A stretch of DNA of 64,000 bases. Origin: an uncultured delta proteobacterium. GTDB lineage: Bacteria; Desulfobacterota; Desulfuromonadia; Desulfuromonadales; JACZKF01. The notes beneath the pieces are model-generated. The model saw nothing but the letters and a program-made list of their open reading frames with translations, did not search any database and was not told the origin of the DNA. Each line of letters starts with the position of its first letter. Positions within the stretch are counted from its first letter, which is position 1. The position numbers and the translations under genes were made by a program. Below, piece by piece: positions 39,418 to 51,900 of this stretch. The stretch spans positions 64,001 through 128,000 of the forward strand of contig CAWFKQ010000007.1 in NCBI GenBank assembly GCA_963816395.1. The letters are read 5' to 3'.

Positions 39418-41199
39418 CAGGTTCTCCGAAACATGTGCTCGATTTCCCTCAAGCTCAGGCGCTTCAACACCGGCCGGCCGTGCGGGCAATGGGCTTTGAA
39501 ATCGACACGGTCGAGAGCGTCCAGGAGGGCGCGGATTTCCGGAAGAGAAAGAGAAGAATTGGCGCGCACCGCACCGTGGCAGGCGAGTAGCATGAGGACC
39601 TGCTCGACCGCTGTCTCTACCGCCTCGCTTTTGCCGACGGCCGCAAGCTCAGCCGCTACTTCCCGCAACAGGCGCTCGCTATCACCCTCCCCGAGAAGGC
39701 GGGGAACGGTTTTCAGGGCCAGGGTCCGGCCACCGAAAGGTTCCAGTTCGAATCCGAGTCTCTCCAGATCCGCCAGGTGCTCCTGCAGCAGAGAGTGCTC
39801 CTTGAAATCGAACTCGATCACCGACCGGGAAAGAGCAGCGCCTGGCGCTCAATGCGTCCCCCCCAGTATTCCTTCTTCAGCCGCTCAAAGCCGATCCGCT
39901 CATGCGCGGCATGCTGATCGATGAGCAGCAGGTCGTCCCCATCCTGGCAGAGCAGGTAGCTGCGCCGGTACTGGCCAAGGACTTCCAGGCCATGGAAAAA
40001 ACCGGCCGGGGCGGCAGCGGGAACCGGCAGAGCATGCGCAGCGGTTTCCACCGGCGTCGTGGCGGGATTCCGGACGGAGTAACTCAGCAGCGCCTCCTGA
40101 ACCCTGTCCCGGTGCAGATCCGCCGCGGCCTGCCCCGGCATCGGGACGGTTGCGGGCGTCGGCGGACGGGAAAGTTCCGGTCTCTGTGCGGTCCCGCCTG
40201 AGAGCCAATCACCTGGGCGCAGGCAATCGCGGACCGCTCCGGCGAGAAAGGAATGGACCAGACTCTGCTCACGGAAGCGGACCTCGTGCTTGGTGGGGTG
40301 GACGTTTACATCCACCTCCTCCGGGGCGATTTCCAGGAAGAGTACGGCCACCGGGTAGCGTCCCTTTTCCAGGACCGATCGATAGCCTTCGAGAAGGGCA
40401 TGCTGCACGACCCGGTCACGGATATAGCGACCGTTGATGAAGGTATAAACGGCCCCAGCTCCGGGCCGGTGAACGGCCGGTTGGGAAATCAGCCCATGCA
40501 GGCGAAGACCGTTCTCGGCCCGCTCCAGAGGGAGCAGATCGCGCAGCAGGGGGCGGCCGAGAAGAGAGGCCACCCGTTCGGCCAGAGACCCCTGCCGAAA
40601 AACCTCCAGGACGGTTCGCTCATTGTGGACCAGGCGGAAATGAACTCCGGGACGGGCCAGTGCCAGTTTGGTTACTACATCCCCGATATGTCCGAATTCG
40701 GTTTCCTCGCGGCGCAGGAATTTCCGCCGTGCCGGGGTATTGAAGAAAAGATCGCGCACCTCGATGCAGGTACCCCGCGCCATTCCCACGGCCCCGGCCC
40801 GTTTCACCCCCCCCCCTCGGCAAAGATCTCCCATCCCTCAAGTGCCCCTTCGGGACAGCTGCGCAGGGTGAAACGGGAGACCGAGGCAATGGAAGGGAGG
40901 GCCTCGCCACGAAAACCGAGTGTATGCAGATTGAACAGATCTTCATCCGTGCGCAGCTTGCTGGTGGCGTGGCGTTCAAGGGCGAGAAAGACATCGTCGC
41001 GTCCCATCCCTTCGCCGTCGTCCTGCACCCGGATGAGCCGCCTGCCGCCCCCTTTTACCTCCAGACGGATCTCCGTCGCCCCGGCATCGAGAGAATTTTC
41101 CAGCAGCTCTTTGACCACCGAGGCCGGCCTTTCGACCACCTCGCCGGCAGCGATTTTATTGCAGAGTTCTTCCGGCAGGATATGGATGCGGGGGTTCAT
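39417..41199 (-). CDS. mutL: DNA mismatch repair endonuclease MutL; two frameshifts
   Basis: [56 protein letters not shown] across three ORFs. Confidence 0.95.
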
Positions 41200-41232
41200 T
41201 GGTGGATGAAGGGTCGGCAGCAGGCCAGAGGG

Positions 41233-42135
41233 CTAGCCTTTGCCTTCGAGGCGATCGAGCATATTTTCGATCTCGTCCAGTTCGCCAAAGCTCTCCGGCT
41301 GCGCCAGCTCGCTCAGGGGCTGGCGCAGCAGCCCGAGATCGCCGGCAACGCTGTTGACCACCTGAGGGGAAACCTCGGTCAACTTACGCAGGAACGTCTC
41401 AAAGAGGCAATTGTCGCAGATGGTATTGATCAGCCTCGGCACGCCGCCGGCGAAGCGGTGAATTACCGGGATGCTGTCGGCGGCAAACAGCATCCGCTCG
41501 GCTCCGGCCACCTGAAGCCGGTGCTTGATATAGGCATGGGTCGTCTCAGCGGTGAGGGAGTGGAGGTGACATTTGATCGCCACCCGCTGGGCGAGAGGCT
41601 CATCGAGGCGCAGGCAATCCTCGACTTCAGTGAGCCCGAAAAAGACGATATTCAGCAGTTTCTTGCCGGGAATTTCCAGATTGAGCAGGCCGCGAAATTC
41701 CTCCATCAGCTCCCGGGTCTGGAGCATCTGCGCCTCATCGATGAGCACTACCGCCCGCCGCCCGGCGGCCTCGATCTGCAGCAGCCGTTCATAAAGCTGC
41801 TTGAGAATGGTCAGGCGGTCGGTGCCCGGGTTTTCCACTCCCAGCTGCATGGCGATGCGGGTAAGAATCCATTCCGGCGTCACCCCGGAGTGGACCATTA
41901 CCAGCAGGGAGGATTCGTATCTGGCTTCCGGCAGTGCATCGAGCATCCGCCGGGCCAGAGTGGTTTTACCGGTTCCCACACCCCCGACCAGCACCGCCAG
42001 CCCCTTGTTGGAGTCGACCGCGTACATCAGGCGCACCAAGGCCTGCCTGTGCTGCAGGGTATCATAATAAAACCGGGCATCCGGAGCATTGGAGAAAGCC
42101 TCCCGCGCCAGGCCGAAATACTCCGCGTAACTCAT
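41233..42135 (-). CDS. ExeA-like AAA ATPase
   Basis: Y..YFGL...FS..PD, GGVGTGKTT, VLIDEAQ, GVPRLINTICD. Confidence 0.9.
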   Translation of the reverse strand: MSYAEYFGLAREAFSNAPDARFYYDTLQHRQALVRLMYAVDSNKGLAVLVGGVGTGKTTLARRMLDALPEARYESSLLVMVHSGVTPEWILTRIAMQLGVENPGTDRLTILKQLYERLLQIEAAGRRAVVLIDEAQMLQTRELMEEFRGLLNLEIPGKKLLNIVFFGLTEVEDCLRLDEPLAQRVAIKCHLHSLTAETTHAYIKHRLQVAGAERMLFAADSIPVIHRFAGGVPRLINTICDNCLFETFLRKLTEVSPQVVNSVAGDLGLLRQPLSELAQPESFGELDEIENMLDRLEGKG

Positions 42136-42156
42136 GCCTCCTCCCAATGGCCAACG

Positions 42157-44257
42157 CTATACATACGATACCCGGTTCCTGGCGCCCCCGGTCCCGCTGC
42201 CGCCTGCTTCAAGGCCAAGACGCTGGCGAAGACTGGCTACCCGCTCACCGGCCTGACGGTAGAAAAGATCCCGATCAGCGACATACTGGAAACATTCCAG
42301 GGCATCGGGGAGCCGCCCCCAGGCTTCATAGAGTTCACCCATTTCGTAATGCAGGCTGACCCGTTCGCTCTCGGCCAGATGGGGCCGGTCCAGACCCGCC
42401 TTGAAAGCGCTTTCCGCCTTTTCCCGATCCCCCTTCTCCAGCAGGCAGATCCCTTTGAGGATCAGGCAGGGCACGGCGCGCGTCGGGTCCCGCATGGCCT
42501 TGTCGAACTCGCCAACGGCATCGTCGAGCAGGCCCATCTCCTTGTAGGCAATCCCCAGATTATAGTGGGATTCCGGATCCTCGACCTCGACGTCGGTTTT
42601 GATCCTTTTCGGCACCGAGGGGCACGGGGATTCCTCCCCTTGCGAGAGTCTCATCAGGCTCCAGGGAATCCAGGTCGATAAGTTCGGCCCCCAGATCGAA
42701 ATAACTTTCCTGGGGACTCTCAGCGGCGGCCTTGCCGGTTCTCCCCGGGACCGTTTCATCCAGCGTCAGCTCGGGCAGACTCTCCTCCGGCTCAATCTCA
42801 AAATCTGCGAGTTCCATCGGCTCGTCAATTTCGCCGGTGAGCTCAGCCGCTGGCTTTTCGGTCTCCAAGAGATAAACATCATCCTGAGATTCCAGTTCCA
42901 GCTCAAGCTCAAATTCGAGCTCCAACTCGATTTCCATTTCCGCTTCCGGAGCGATCTCGGCTTCAGCCTCCTGGGCAGACTCCGGTTCCGCCACCGGTCC
43001 GGCAACCACCGGCGACAGTTCGATCTCCTCGAGAAACTCCAGAGGGATCTCTTCCGGTTCTCCCGTGACCGCAACCTCTACCGGCAATTCGATCTCTGCC
43101 TCTTCCACCATTTCGGTGAGTTCGGCAATCTCCAGCAGCTCCTCCTGATCGGCTGCCGGATCATCGGTCGGCGCGCAGTCCCGCTCGGCAAAGGTTGGCG
43201 AGGGTGCCGAGCGCGACTCTTTCGGCTCGGGAGCGCCTCCCCGCACTTCTCCGCCCTGGCCAATGGAGCCAATGGCCTGGAGAACACGTTTCTCCTGCGG
43301 CAGGGCAGCCTTCAGCTGTCCGTACATTTCTCTCAGCAGCTCGGTTCGGCCGGCTTCGAGAAAACTCCCCTGCCATTCTTCCAGTTCGTCGAGGACCTTA
43401 CCGAACTCCCGCGCCTCCAGGCCGGCCCGCAACCGGGCCTCGCGCCACCCGAGATCCTCGGGGTGCTTAGCGAGCAACTGCTGCCAGATCAGCCACTCGT
43501 CCGCGAAGCCCCCTGGCACCGGTACCCTTCCGCCAGTGCCCGCAAAATCCTGTCGTTTTCCGGATCCTGCGACAACACTTCGTTCAACAGAGAAATTCCC
43601 CGAGTAATCTCGCCTTTGTGGATAAGAGCTTCCCCCAGGCCGATCTTCAGGACCGGGTCTTGGGGAAATTTGCTCAGGAACAGCTCATGGATTTTCAGAG
43701 CACGGCCGTCATCGCCGGCAAGCCCGTCGAGAATCTCCTGCAGTTCCTGCCGCGCCTGTTCCTCGTTTCCTGCCTGCAGGTTGATCTCGACAATCTTGAC
43801 CCGCAGATTGAGGTTGTCCGGCTCCAGTTCCCGCATTTTCTGCAGGACCTTGGCTTGCCTCGGAATACATCCGGTTTTTTTCATAATGGCCAGCCAGGTT
43901 CCGGTACTCGGCGAGTGCGTTGCCGGTCAGCCCCTGTTTTTCATTCAGCTCGGCCAGCCGGTTGTAGAACTCCGGGCGGCTGGGATCGAGTTTCTGCATC
44001 TGTTTGTAGACGGCGATCGCCTTCAGGTAGAATCCGGTTTCGGCGTAATGCCGGGCGACAGCTTCATACTGCTCCAGGGCCTCCTCCGGCGCCTGCGCAC
44101 GGCTGAGGAGTTCTGCCAGTTTTTGCCGGTTGCGAACGTCTTTAGGGTCCGCTTCGACAATCTTCTGGTAGTCCTTGACAGCCTTGCCGATCTGCCCTTT
44201 CTGCAGGTTCTTCTGGGCCGAGACTAGAAGTTTTTCTTTAACGGACAATGTGATCAC
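42157..44257 (-). CDS. Large TPR protein with acidic linker; several frameshifts
   Basis: GFYLKAIAVYKQ N-terminal TPRs, Glu-rich middle, ESHYNLGIAYKEMGLLDDA C-terminus across four ORFs. Confidence 0.8.
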
Positions 44258-44410
44258 CCATCAGACTGGCGTATCGATGCAATTCTCTGACTGTAAACTA
44301 TGAGCAGTTACCCTGTCAAGGCATAATGAAAGCCGTTTTTATTGAAAAAACAATATCATAGGCATCAAAAGGCATACCCCTTCCAACCACTTTCACCGGT
44401 CCCCGGCCGA

Positions 44411-45121
44411 TCAAAGGCGCCGCAAGCGATCGACCTCTGCACGGGTCAGCCGACGAAAATCTCCCGGCGCCAGATCGCCAAGTTCGAGAAAGGCAAAACG
44501 GATGCGCTTGAGGCGGCTCACCGGATTGCCGACGGCTTCGCACATGCGCCGAACCTGGCGGTTGCGCCCCTCGTGAATGGTGATCTCCACCCAGGTGTGA
44601 GTGCCGACCCGCCGCACCCGGTCGACCCGGGCGGGGGCAGTCGGGCCATCCTCCAGTTCCACCCCTTTCTCCAGCCGTCGTTTTGCTTCTTCGCTGAGAA
44701 GACCGCGGATCCGGGCCAGGTAGGTCTTTTCCACCTGGTGCCGCGGATGGGCAAGGCGATGCGCCAGGGCGCCGTCATTGGTCAGCAGAAGCAGTCCCTC
44801 GGTGGTGAGATCGAGGCGGCCAACGGGAAAAAGCCGGGCCGGGATTTCCCGAACCAGGTCGGTGACCACCGCCCGTCCCTGTGGATCGCGAACGCTGGTG
44901 ACATAGCCGGCCGGTTTATTGAGCAGGATATAATGCTTTTCCTCGGCCGCGGCCAGCAGCTGCCCGTCGACTTCGATATGGTCCGTCGCGGGATCAGCTG
45001 AATCGCCGAGGCCCGCCGGGCGGCCATTCACTGTCACCCGGCCGGCGACGATCCATTGTTCCGCCTCCCGGCGGGAGGCAAGGCCGCAGGCCGCGATGAT
45101 TTTCTGCAGACGTTCACGCAT
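44411..45121 (-). CDS. rluB: rRNA pseudouridine synthase, RluB/RsuA family
   Basis: S4 domain RLQK...SRREAE, VGRLD, EGRNRQVRRM; follows scpB. Confidence 0.88.
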   Translation of the reverse strand: MRERLQKIIAACGLASRREAEQWIVAGRVTVNGRPAGLGDSADPATDHIEVDGQLLAAAEEKHYILLNKPAGYVTSVRDPQGRAVVTDLVREIPARLFPVGRLDLTTEGLLLLTNDGALAHRLAHPRHQVEKTYLARIRGLLSEEAKRRLEKGVELEDGPTAPARVDRVRRVGTHTWVEITIHEGRNRQVRRMCEAVGNPVSRLKRIRFAFLELGDLAPGDFRRLTRAEVDRLRRL

Positions 45122-45132
45122 GCTGGTAACCA

Positions 45133-45220
45133 AGTGAGGTCGTGAGGCAGGGAGTAGCTGAGCCGGGAGGGAGGAAGTATTTTAGTATCTCGCTCGCTCA
45201 CTACTTGCTATCTCACTTTC
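45133..45220. repeat. Inverted pair of octamer arrays
   Basis: GTGAGGTC GTGAGGCA GGGAGTA ... ATCTCGCT CGCTCACT ACTTGCT ATCTCACT. Confidence 0.65.
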
Positions 45221-45222
45221 GT

Positions 45223-45768
45223 TCATGCCAAAGCGCTCGGCTGCTCCGGGGCCAGTTCGCTGAACTCCCGCAGGGTGGGGAGTCCGGAGAGGTCACGCAA
45301 CCCGAAGAACTCGAGAAATTCCCGGGTGGTGCCGTAAATGATCGGCCGCCCGGGGATGTCTTTTTTCCCCAGGATGCGCACCAGGTGCTTGTCAAGCAGC
45401 GTCTTCAGCACACCGCCTGAATCCACCCCTCGAAAATACTCTATTTCTGCCCGGGTGACCGGTTGCCGGTAGGCAATGATCGCCAGCGTTTCCAGGGCGG
45501 CACGAGAGAAGCGGAAAGGACGGCTACGATTCAGCCGTCGCATCCAATCGAAGTGTTCCGGACGGGTGCGGAACTGGTATCCCTCGGCCACTTCCTGCAG
45601 GATAAAACCTCTTCGCGCCTCCCGGTACTCCGCCGACAATTCATCCAGCACCACCTGGAGACGTCCCCGCTCGATCTCCAGCACTTCGGCCAGGCGTTCG
45701 GGCCGCAGGGGCACTTCGGAAATGAAAATCAGCCCTTCCACAACAGCTTTAAGCTCAGCCGTATCCAA
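45223..45768 (-). CDS. scpB: SMC-Scp complex subunit ScpB
   Basis: SRAALETLAIIAYRQPVTRAEI...RGVDS, YGTTREFL.FFGL. Confidence 0.95.
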   Translation of the reverse strand: MDTAELKAVVEGLIFISEVPLRPERLAEVLEIERGRLQVVLDELSAEYREARRGFILQEVAEGYQFRTRPEHFDWMRRLNRSRPFRFSRAALETLAIIAYRQPVTRAEIEYFRGVDSGGVLKTLLDKHLVRILGKKDIPGRPIIYGTTREFLEFFGLRDLSGLPTLREFSELAPEQPSALA

Positions 45769-46529
45769 GGGAATCCTCCGCCAACGGCAGATCGGCCTCA
45801 TCACCGACGGACACTGCCGGGAAAATCCATATCCCGCCATAGCGGGTATTCTGCATCAGCCGTAGCAGCCGCATCTTGACCAACTCCAGCATGGCCAGGA
45901 AGGTCACCACCACTTCCTGCCGATCGGGCCGCTCGCTGAACAGGTCGCGGAAATCAAGGCTATCCCGGCCGGAGAGGAGAAAGAGGATACGGTTGATGCG
46001 GTCGGTAACCGAGAGCTGCTCGGCATTGACTTCGTGCACGGCCGCCTCCGGGCTCTCCTGGAGCAGGGCGCGAAAGGCTTCCATCAGTTCATAGAGGCCA
46101 ACCGCCTCCAGCGGTTCCTCCACCGGCTGCCCCTCCAGTTCGGGGGCCGGGAACCGGCGGGCGAAGACTTCGCGCTCCAAAATCGGGAGGGCATCAAGAT
46201 CGGCCGCCGCTTCCTTGTATTTCTGGTATTCCAGCAACCGCCGCACCAGCTCGGCCCGCGGATCCTCTTCTTCCTCCTCGCCGGTTTCCTCCTCATTTGT
46301 CGGCGGCAGGAGCATTCGTGACTTTATGTGCAGCAGGGTGGCCGCCATCAGCAGGAATTCTCCAGCCAACATCCAGGTTGAGGCTCTTCATTTCATCCAG
46401 GGAAGCCAAGTACTGGGTGGTGATCTCGGCCATGGGGATATCATAAACGTCCATCTCGTTTTTACGGATAAGATGGAGCAGCAGATCGAGAGGTCCTTCG
46501 AAATTCTCCAGGTGGATTTCGTAGGCCAT
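45755..46529 (-). CDS. scpA: Segregation and condensation protein A; frameshift near 46370
   Basis: FEGPLDLLLHLI, EFLLMAATL, DPRAELVRRLLEY, TFLAMLEL. Confidence 0.95.
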
Positions 46530-46534
46530 CGGCT

Positions 46535-47218
46535 TTACCGCGGGAGGAGAAAATGGATGGCCCGCTCCACCATGAACACCTGAGGGCCGGCGAGCAGGCT
46601 GACAATGGCGGAGATCATCGGCGCCAGGACCATGCCCCAGAGATTGGTGAAGAAGATCAGAAAGATTATCAGGATGAAGCCGAAGGGTTCCAGCCGGGAC
46701 AAGGCCTGGGCCGGCCGTGGGGGGAGGAGCCCGGTCAGGACCCGACCGCCATCCAGGGGAGGGAGCGGCAAAAGGTTGAATACCCCCAGGATGACATTGA
46801 TATACAGACTGATCGCCACCATCAGGCCGAGCGGCTCGAGCAGCCGGGACAGGGTATCCTCGGCGGCAAAAACCTGCGGCACCAGGTGCAGGGTGCGCAG
46901 GAAAAGGGCAGAGAGGCCAGCAAGGAAGAAATTCGTCAGCGGCCCCGCCAGGGCGACCCAGATCATGTCCTGTCGAGGACGGCGCAGGTTGTTGAAGTTG
47001 ACCGGCACCGGCCGTGCCCAGCCGAAACCGAAATACAGCAGGGCGATGGTTCCGATGGGATCGAGGTGGCGCAGGGGATTGAGGGTCAGGCGCCCGAGCA
47101 GACGGGCGGTGGGGTCGCCGAGCCGCTCGGCTACGTAGCCGTGAGAGACCTCATGCAGGGTGACGGCAAACAGCGCGGGCACCAGCATGATCGAGATTTT
47201 GGCCAGCAGACTTTCCAT
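46535..47218 (-). CDS. Site-2 protease (peptidase M50) family
   Basis: HEVSH, GDPTA, AGP..N, FNLLPLPPLDGG. Confidence 0.93.
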   Translation of the reverse strand: MESLLAKISIMLVPALFAVTLHEVSHGYVAERLGDPTARLLGRLTLNPLRHLDPIGTIALLYFGFGWARPVPVNFNNLRRPRQDMIWVALAGPLTNFFLAGLSALFLRTLHLVPQVFAAEDTLSRLLEPLGLMVAISLYINVILGVFNLLPLPPLDGGRVLTGLLPPRPAQALSRLEPFGFILIIFLIFFTNLWGMVLAPMISAIVSLLAGPQVFMVERAIHFLLPR

Positions 47219-47310
47219 CGGGATCCTTGGGAGAGGAAGCACCGTCTTTGTAGCAGATCGGGGGGCGCGAAGTCAATCTGGGTGAGCAATTGCGGAAAAG
47301 GTTCCGACCG

Positions 47311-49963
47311 CTATCCGGCGTCGGTTTTCGCTGACGGGAAGCGCCGGCGCACCAGGGCGATTTCATCGTCACGGGTGGTGACCCGGCCGTTGAGGCGGGC
47401 ATCGCGCAGCACGTGTAGAATTTTTTTATAGACCGGTCCCGGTGGGAACCCCATTTCTCGCAGATCGTTCCCCGAAAGCAGGGGAGCTACCCCGCGCAGG
47501 TGAGTGAAATAATGCGAGACCCAGCGTCGCACCTCCTCGCCGCCCGCCCTCGCCATGATGTAGAGCAGGACTTCTGCCGGCATTGGGTCCAGTCGGTGAA
47601 AAAGCTCGCTCGGCCGCGGCGGGGCGCGCCGGACCCGTTGCTTCTCCAGCAACTGCAGGATGTGGTGCGCCAGTTCGCGTTTTTCCAGCAGCACATCGAG
47701 GTAGCGGACGGGCAGATCGAGTCGGTGGCTGATCCCGGTAACCGCGTCGCGGTCCAGGTCATCCAGCAGGCAGAGGAAATAGACCAGCCATTTTTCACAG
47801 GGCTCGCCGGTGTAAAGCAGGTCGTACCAGTGGACGATCCGATTGGCCGCCTCGAACAGGGAACGGGTAGCGGCGCGCAGAGACAGTGCCGGGTGGATGA
47901 ACTTGAGCAGGTCAAGATCGGCCATCCGCAGGACGGCCGGCAGGGGATCGCTCTCCTTGAGGATAAGGATCAGTTCATTGAGCACCCGACGACCCCCGAC
48001 CCGGTCGAGAAAGCCCATGCGGACCGCACCGCGCAGCAGAAACTCGGTGTGGCGACCAAGGTGAAAGCCGAGGCGCTGCTCGAAACGGATGGCACGGAAA
48101 ACCCGTGTCGGGTCCTCGACGAAACTCAGATTGTGCAGAATACGAATGGCCCTGTCCTTGAGATCGCGCTGGCCGCCGAAGAAATCGAAAAGTTCACCGT
48201 AGTGCGGGCCGTTCAGGGCAATCGCCAGGGTATTGATGGTGAAATCCCGTCGGTAGAGATCGAGCTTGATGGAAGCATTCTCCACCGTCGGCAGGGCGCC
48301 CGGCTCCACGTAATACTCCATTCGAGTGGAAGCGACATCCACCTTGAAACCATCCGGATGGATGATCACCGCCGTCCCGAACTTCCGGTGGGTGCGGATC
48401 CGGCAGCCGTGCCGGCGGGCATACTCCACGGCAAAGGCGATCCCGTCTCCCTCTACCACCAGATCGATATCGAGGTTCTCCTGCCGCAGCAGCAGATCGC
48501 GGACGAAGCCGCCGACGGCGAAGACGCTGACCCCCAGGGCATCGCCAATCGCCCCCATATCCCGTAAAATGCCGGTGATCCGCTCCGGCAGCTGATCCCG
48601 CAGCAGCCGGGCAACGTGGCGCTTTCTCAGGGTCAGGCCGCCGGTCTCTGCCGCTGCCCCGGCCGGGCGCCGGCGTCGGGCTCCGGCCACCATGTGGCGC
48701 AGCAGGTCGGTACGGGTGACGCAGCCGACCAGTCGCTCCCCTTGCATGACCGGGACGAAGCGCTGGTTGTGATCGACGACCAGCTCCTGCAGCGTTTCCA
48801 CCGGCGTATCCGGCGCAACGGCAGTGAATTCGCCGCTCATCAATTCCCCGGCGGGCAGGTTCGAGAGGCCGTGGTGGGCCGCCTTTTCCACCACCTGTCG
48901 GGTGAGAATGCCGACTACCCGCCCGTTTTCCGTAACCGGCAGGGCATTGATGCTGTAACGGGTGAGAATATCCCGCACGGTGGCGATGGAATCCTCCCGG
49001 TCGGCCGTCTTCACCGGCGAGGACATCAGGTGGTGCACCTCCCAGCGGGGATTGACGTGTTTCTTCAATACCGGGGGAAGCCGCTCCAGCACCTGTACCA
49101 GGGTGAGGTCCCGAAGGGTGCCGGCCGCGGCGAAGCTGTGCCCGCCGCCGCCGAATTCCGCCAGGATATCCCCCATGGGAACTTCCGGCACCCGGGAGCG
49201 GCCAACCAGGAAGATCCGCTCCCCCATCCGCACGGCGACGATCAGCGCCTCGAGGTTCTCCATGTCCTTGAGCTTGTGGGCCAGCACCGCCAGATCGCCG
49301 ACGAATTCCTCGACCGTGGCATGGGCGATGGAGATTTCGAAGCCGTTCACCGTCAGCACTGTGCGGGAGTGAATAAGCTGGTGCAGGAGTTCCACCTGCT
49401 CGGCGGAGAGTTCCTGGGTCAGGAATTCAGCCACCGTATTGAGATTTGCGCCATGGCCGAGGAGAAAGGCGGCGGCATGATAATCGCGGATGGTGGTGGA
49501 GGCGAAGGTGAGATTGCCGGTGTCTTCATAGATGCCCAGCATCATGACGGTGGCTTCCTCCGGGGTGGGTTCAATTCCCCGCTCCCGGAAGATCTCGGTC
49601 AGCACGGTGACCGTTGCCCCGACCGGCTCGATATGCTGCACCGCCGCCTGCGATACCGGATTTTCCCGGATGATGATCGTAGACGTGTACCTCAACCCCC
49701 CGGCGAACCACTTCCGCAAAGGGGCCGATCCTCTCCGCCTGCCGGACATCGACCAGAATCAGGCGGGTGACGGCATCCAGGTCAAAATCCCGCAACCGCT
49801 GGAAATCTTCCGGGTTGGCGCCGCCGCGCAGGAAAAACTCGCGCACGCCGCGCTCCTGGGCGCCGGAAAAGACCATGGCTGCGCCGGGATAGAGCCGGCG
49901 TGCCGCCACCATGGCGCCGACACAATCGAAATCCGCGTTCAGGTGGGTGGTTATGACATCCAT
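47311..49963 (-). CDS. DHH-CBS-tRNA nucleotidyltransferase/poly(A) polymerase family (A-adding type); frameshift near 49665
   Basis: TTHLNADFD, YDHH, GGGGH, CBS pair, VGGFVRDLL, DIDLVV, RRDFTIN, EDPTR. Confidence 0.9.
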
Positions 49964-49974
49964 AAGGAGAAACC

Positions 49975-50039
49975 AGGTTCAAGGTGAAAGGGTAAAGGTT
50001 CAAGATGATAGAACAATCTTGCACCTTGACCTTGTACCT
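49975..50039. repeat. Inverted pair of heptamer arrays
   Basis: AGGTTCA AGGTGAA AGGGTAA AGGTTCA ... TCTTGCA CCTTGA CCTTGTA CCT. Confidence 0.65.
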
Positions 50040-50042
50040 CCT

Positions 50043-50978
50043 TCAAAGCTGAAGACTGCCGATCAACTGCCGGACGTCTTCGATTCCCTCCTCGATCAGG
50101 AACTGCTCTATGCCGGTGATGATTTCAGGCATGGCCCCCGGATCGACGAAATTCGCGGTCCCCACCTGTACGGCAGTGGCGCCAACAATGAGAAATTCGA
50201 GGGCGTCCGCCGAGCGGGCGATGCCGCCGATGCCGATCACCGGCACTTTAACCGCCTGCACCACTTGATGCACCAGGCGCACCGCAATCGGCCGAATGGC
50301 CGGACCGGAAAGGCCGCCGGTGCAGTTGGCCAGGCGCGGTCGCCGACTGCGGACATCCACCGCCATGCCGGTGATGGTATTGATGCAGCTGATGGCATCG
50401 GCGCCGGCTTCCTCGACGGCGCGGGCGACCACCGTGATGTCGGTGACGTTGGGGGTCAGCTTGACGATCAGCGGCTTATGCAGATGCCGGCGCACCAGGC
50501 TGACCACCTCGTGGGCACACCGCGGATCGGTGCCGAAGACGATCCCTCCCTGCTTGACGTTGGGGCAGGAGATATTGAGCTCGCAGCCGGCAATCTCCGG
50601 GATATCTGAGAGGCGGCGGGCGATCTCCCCGTATTCCTCGAGGGTATTGCCGAAAAAATTGGCGATTACCGGCGTATTGACCTGCCGCAGAAAGGGCAGC
50701 TTGTCCCGGATGAAGGCATCCACTCCCACATTCTGCAGGCCGATGGCGTTGAGCATGCCGCCGACCGTCTCGGCGATGCGCGGGGTCGGGTTGCCGGCTT
50801 TCGGCTTGAGGGACAGCCCTTTGGTGACGATCGCCCCCAGGCTTTCCAGATCGAGATAGGGGGCGAATTCTTCTCCGTAGCCGAAGGTGCCGGAAGCCGG
50901 CATCACCGGGTTCTTCAGCTTGATCCCGGCAATTTCGACGGCGAGACTGGGGCGTTTTTTCGTCTTTTTGTTCATCAT
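50043..50978 (-). CDS. pyrD: Dihydroorotate dehydrogenase B catalytic subunit
   Basis: ASGTFGYG, LNAIGLQN, ELNISCPN, VKLTPN, GGLSG. Confidence 0.96.
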   Translation of the reverse strand: MMNKKTKKRPSLAVEIAGIKLKNPVMPASGTFGYGEEFAPYLDLESLGAIVTKGLSLKPKAGNPTPRIAETVGGMLNAIGLQNVGVDAFIRDKLPFLRQVNTPVIANFFGNTLEEYGEIARRLSDIPEIAGCELNISCPNVKQGGIVFGTDPRCAHEVVSLVRRHLHKPLIVKLTPNVTDITVVARAVEEAGADAISCINTITGMAVDVRSRRPRLANCTGGLSGPAIRPIAVRLVHQVVQAVKVPVIGIGGIARSADALEFLIVGATAVQVGTANFVDPGAMPEIITGIEQFLIEEGIEDVRQLIGSLQL

Positions 50979-51834
50979 GACTTGCATCCCTCGCAGTAGC
51001 CGTTCTCCTCCCCCAACCGGCTCCAGTCCAGCTGTTCGGCCCGGAACACCGGGCCTTCCTTGCAGCTGCAGAGATAACGGGGGTTCTCCTGGCTGTGACC
51101 GGCGCCCTTGACCACGCAGCCCAGACAGGCACCGACGCCGCAGGCCATCAGCGCCTCCAGGGAAACCTGCAGGGGGACGCCGCGGGCGGCACAGATCCGG
51201 TAGACCGCCTCGATCATCGGCATCGGCCCGCAGGCGAAGACCGCAGCCTGGGGGTATTTATCGAGCTTGCGCTGCAGCACCTGGGTGACCAGCCCTTCCT
51301 CACCCAGGCTGCCGTCGTCGGTCGAAACATAGGTTTCCACCCCCAGCCGCTCGAATTCGGTAACCGCCAGGATATCGTCCCGGGTGCGGCCTCCCATCAA
51401 CAGGCGCACACTGCTGTGCCGGACGAGTTCCCCGGCCAGCATATACAGGGGGACCAGCCCGATGCCGCCGCCGACTAGAATTTTCTCCTGCCCAGGCGCT
51501 CCGGGGTCGAATCCTTTGCCCAAGGGGCCCGAGAACCTCCACCCGGTCTCCCGCGTGCAGTTCACGCATGATGCCCGTCCCGCTTCCGACCACCTTGTAG
51601 AGGATTTCCAGGTATTCCTTGGGCGGCTGCCCTTCGCAGTCGGGCGGCAGAAAGCCGGTGCGAAAAATACCGAAAGGGCCGGCGCAGCAGAGGCGGCAGC
51701 GCCATCTGCACACGGAACATGACAAATTGTCCCGGCTTGGCCAGTGCCCCGAAGCCGGGCGTCAGGATCCGCATCCGGTGATAGCCGGGCGAAATTTCCT
51801 GGTTGGAAAGAATAATCGTCTTGTAATTTTTCAT
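50975..51834 (-). CDS. pyrK: Dihydroorotate dehydrogenase electron transfer subunit; frameshifted
   Basis: PGQFVM, LLRRPF, GPLG.GF, GGGIG, MACGVGACLGC, C.EGPVF. Confidence 0.93.
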
Positions 51835-51900
51835 CAGTTCATTCTCTCTCCAGCAGACATTCTCGGGGATTAATCCCCGGCGACGGACAGCCGACCGTCC

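Noticed and set aside
40800..40820. Programmed frameshifting or phase variation at the mutL homopolymer (and other runs)
   Set aside because: It cannot be distinguished from the window-wide indel noise, and no stimulatory structure was identified.
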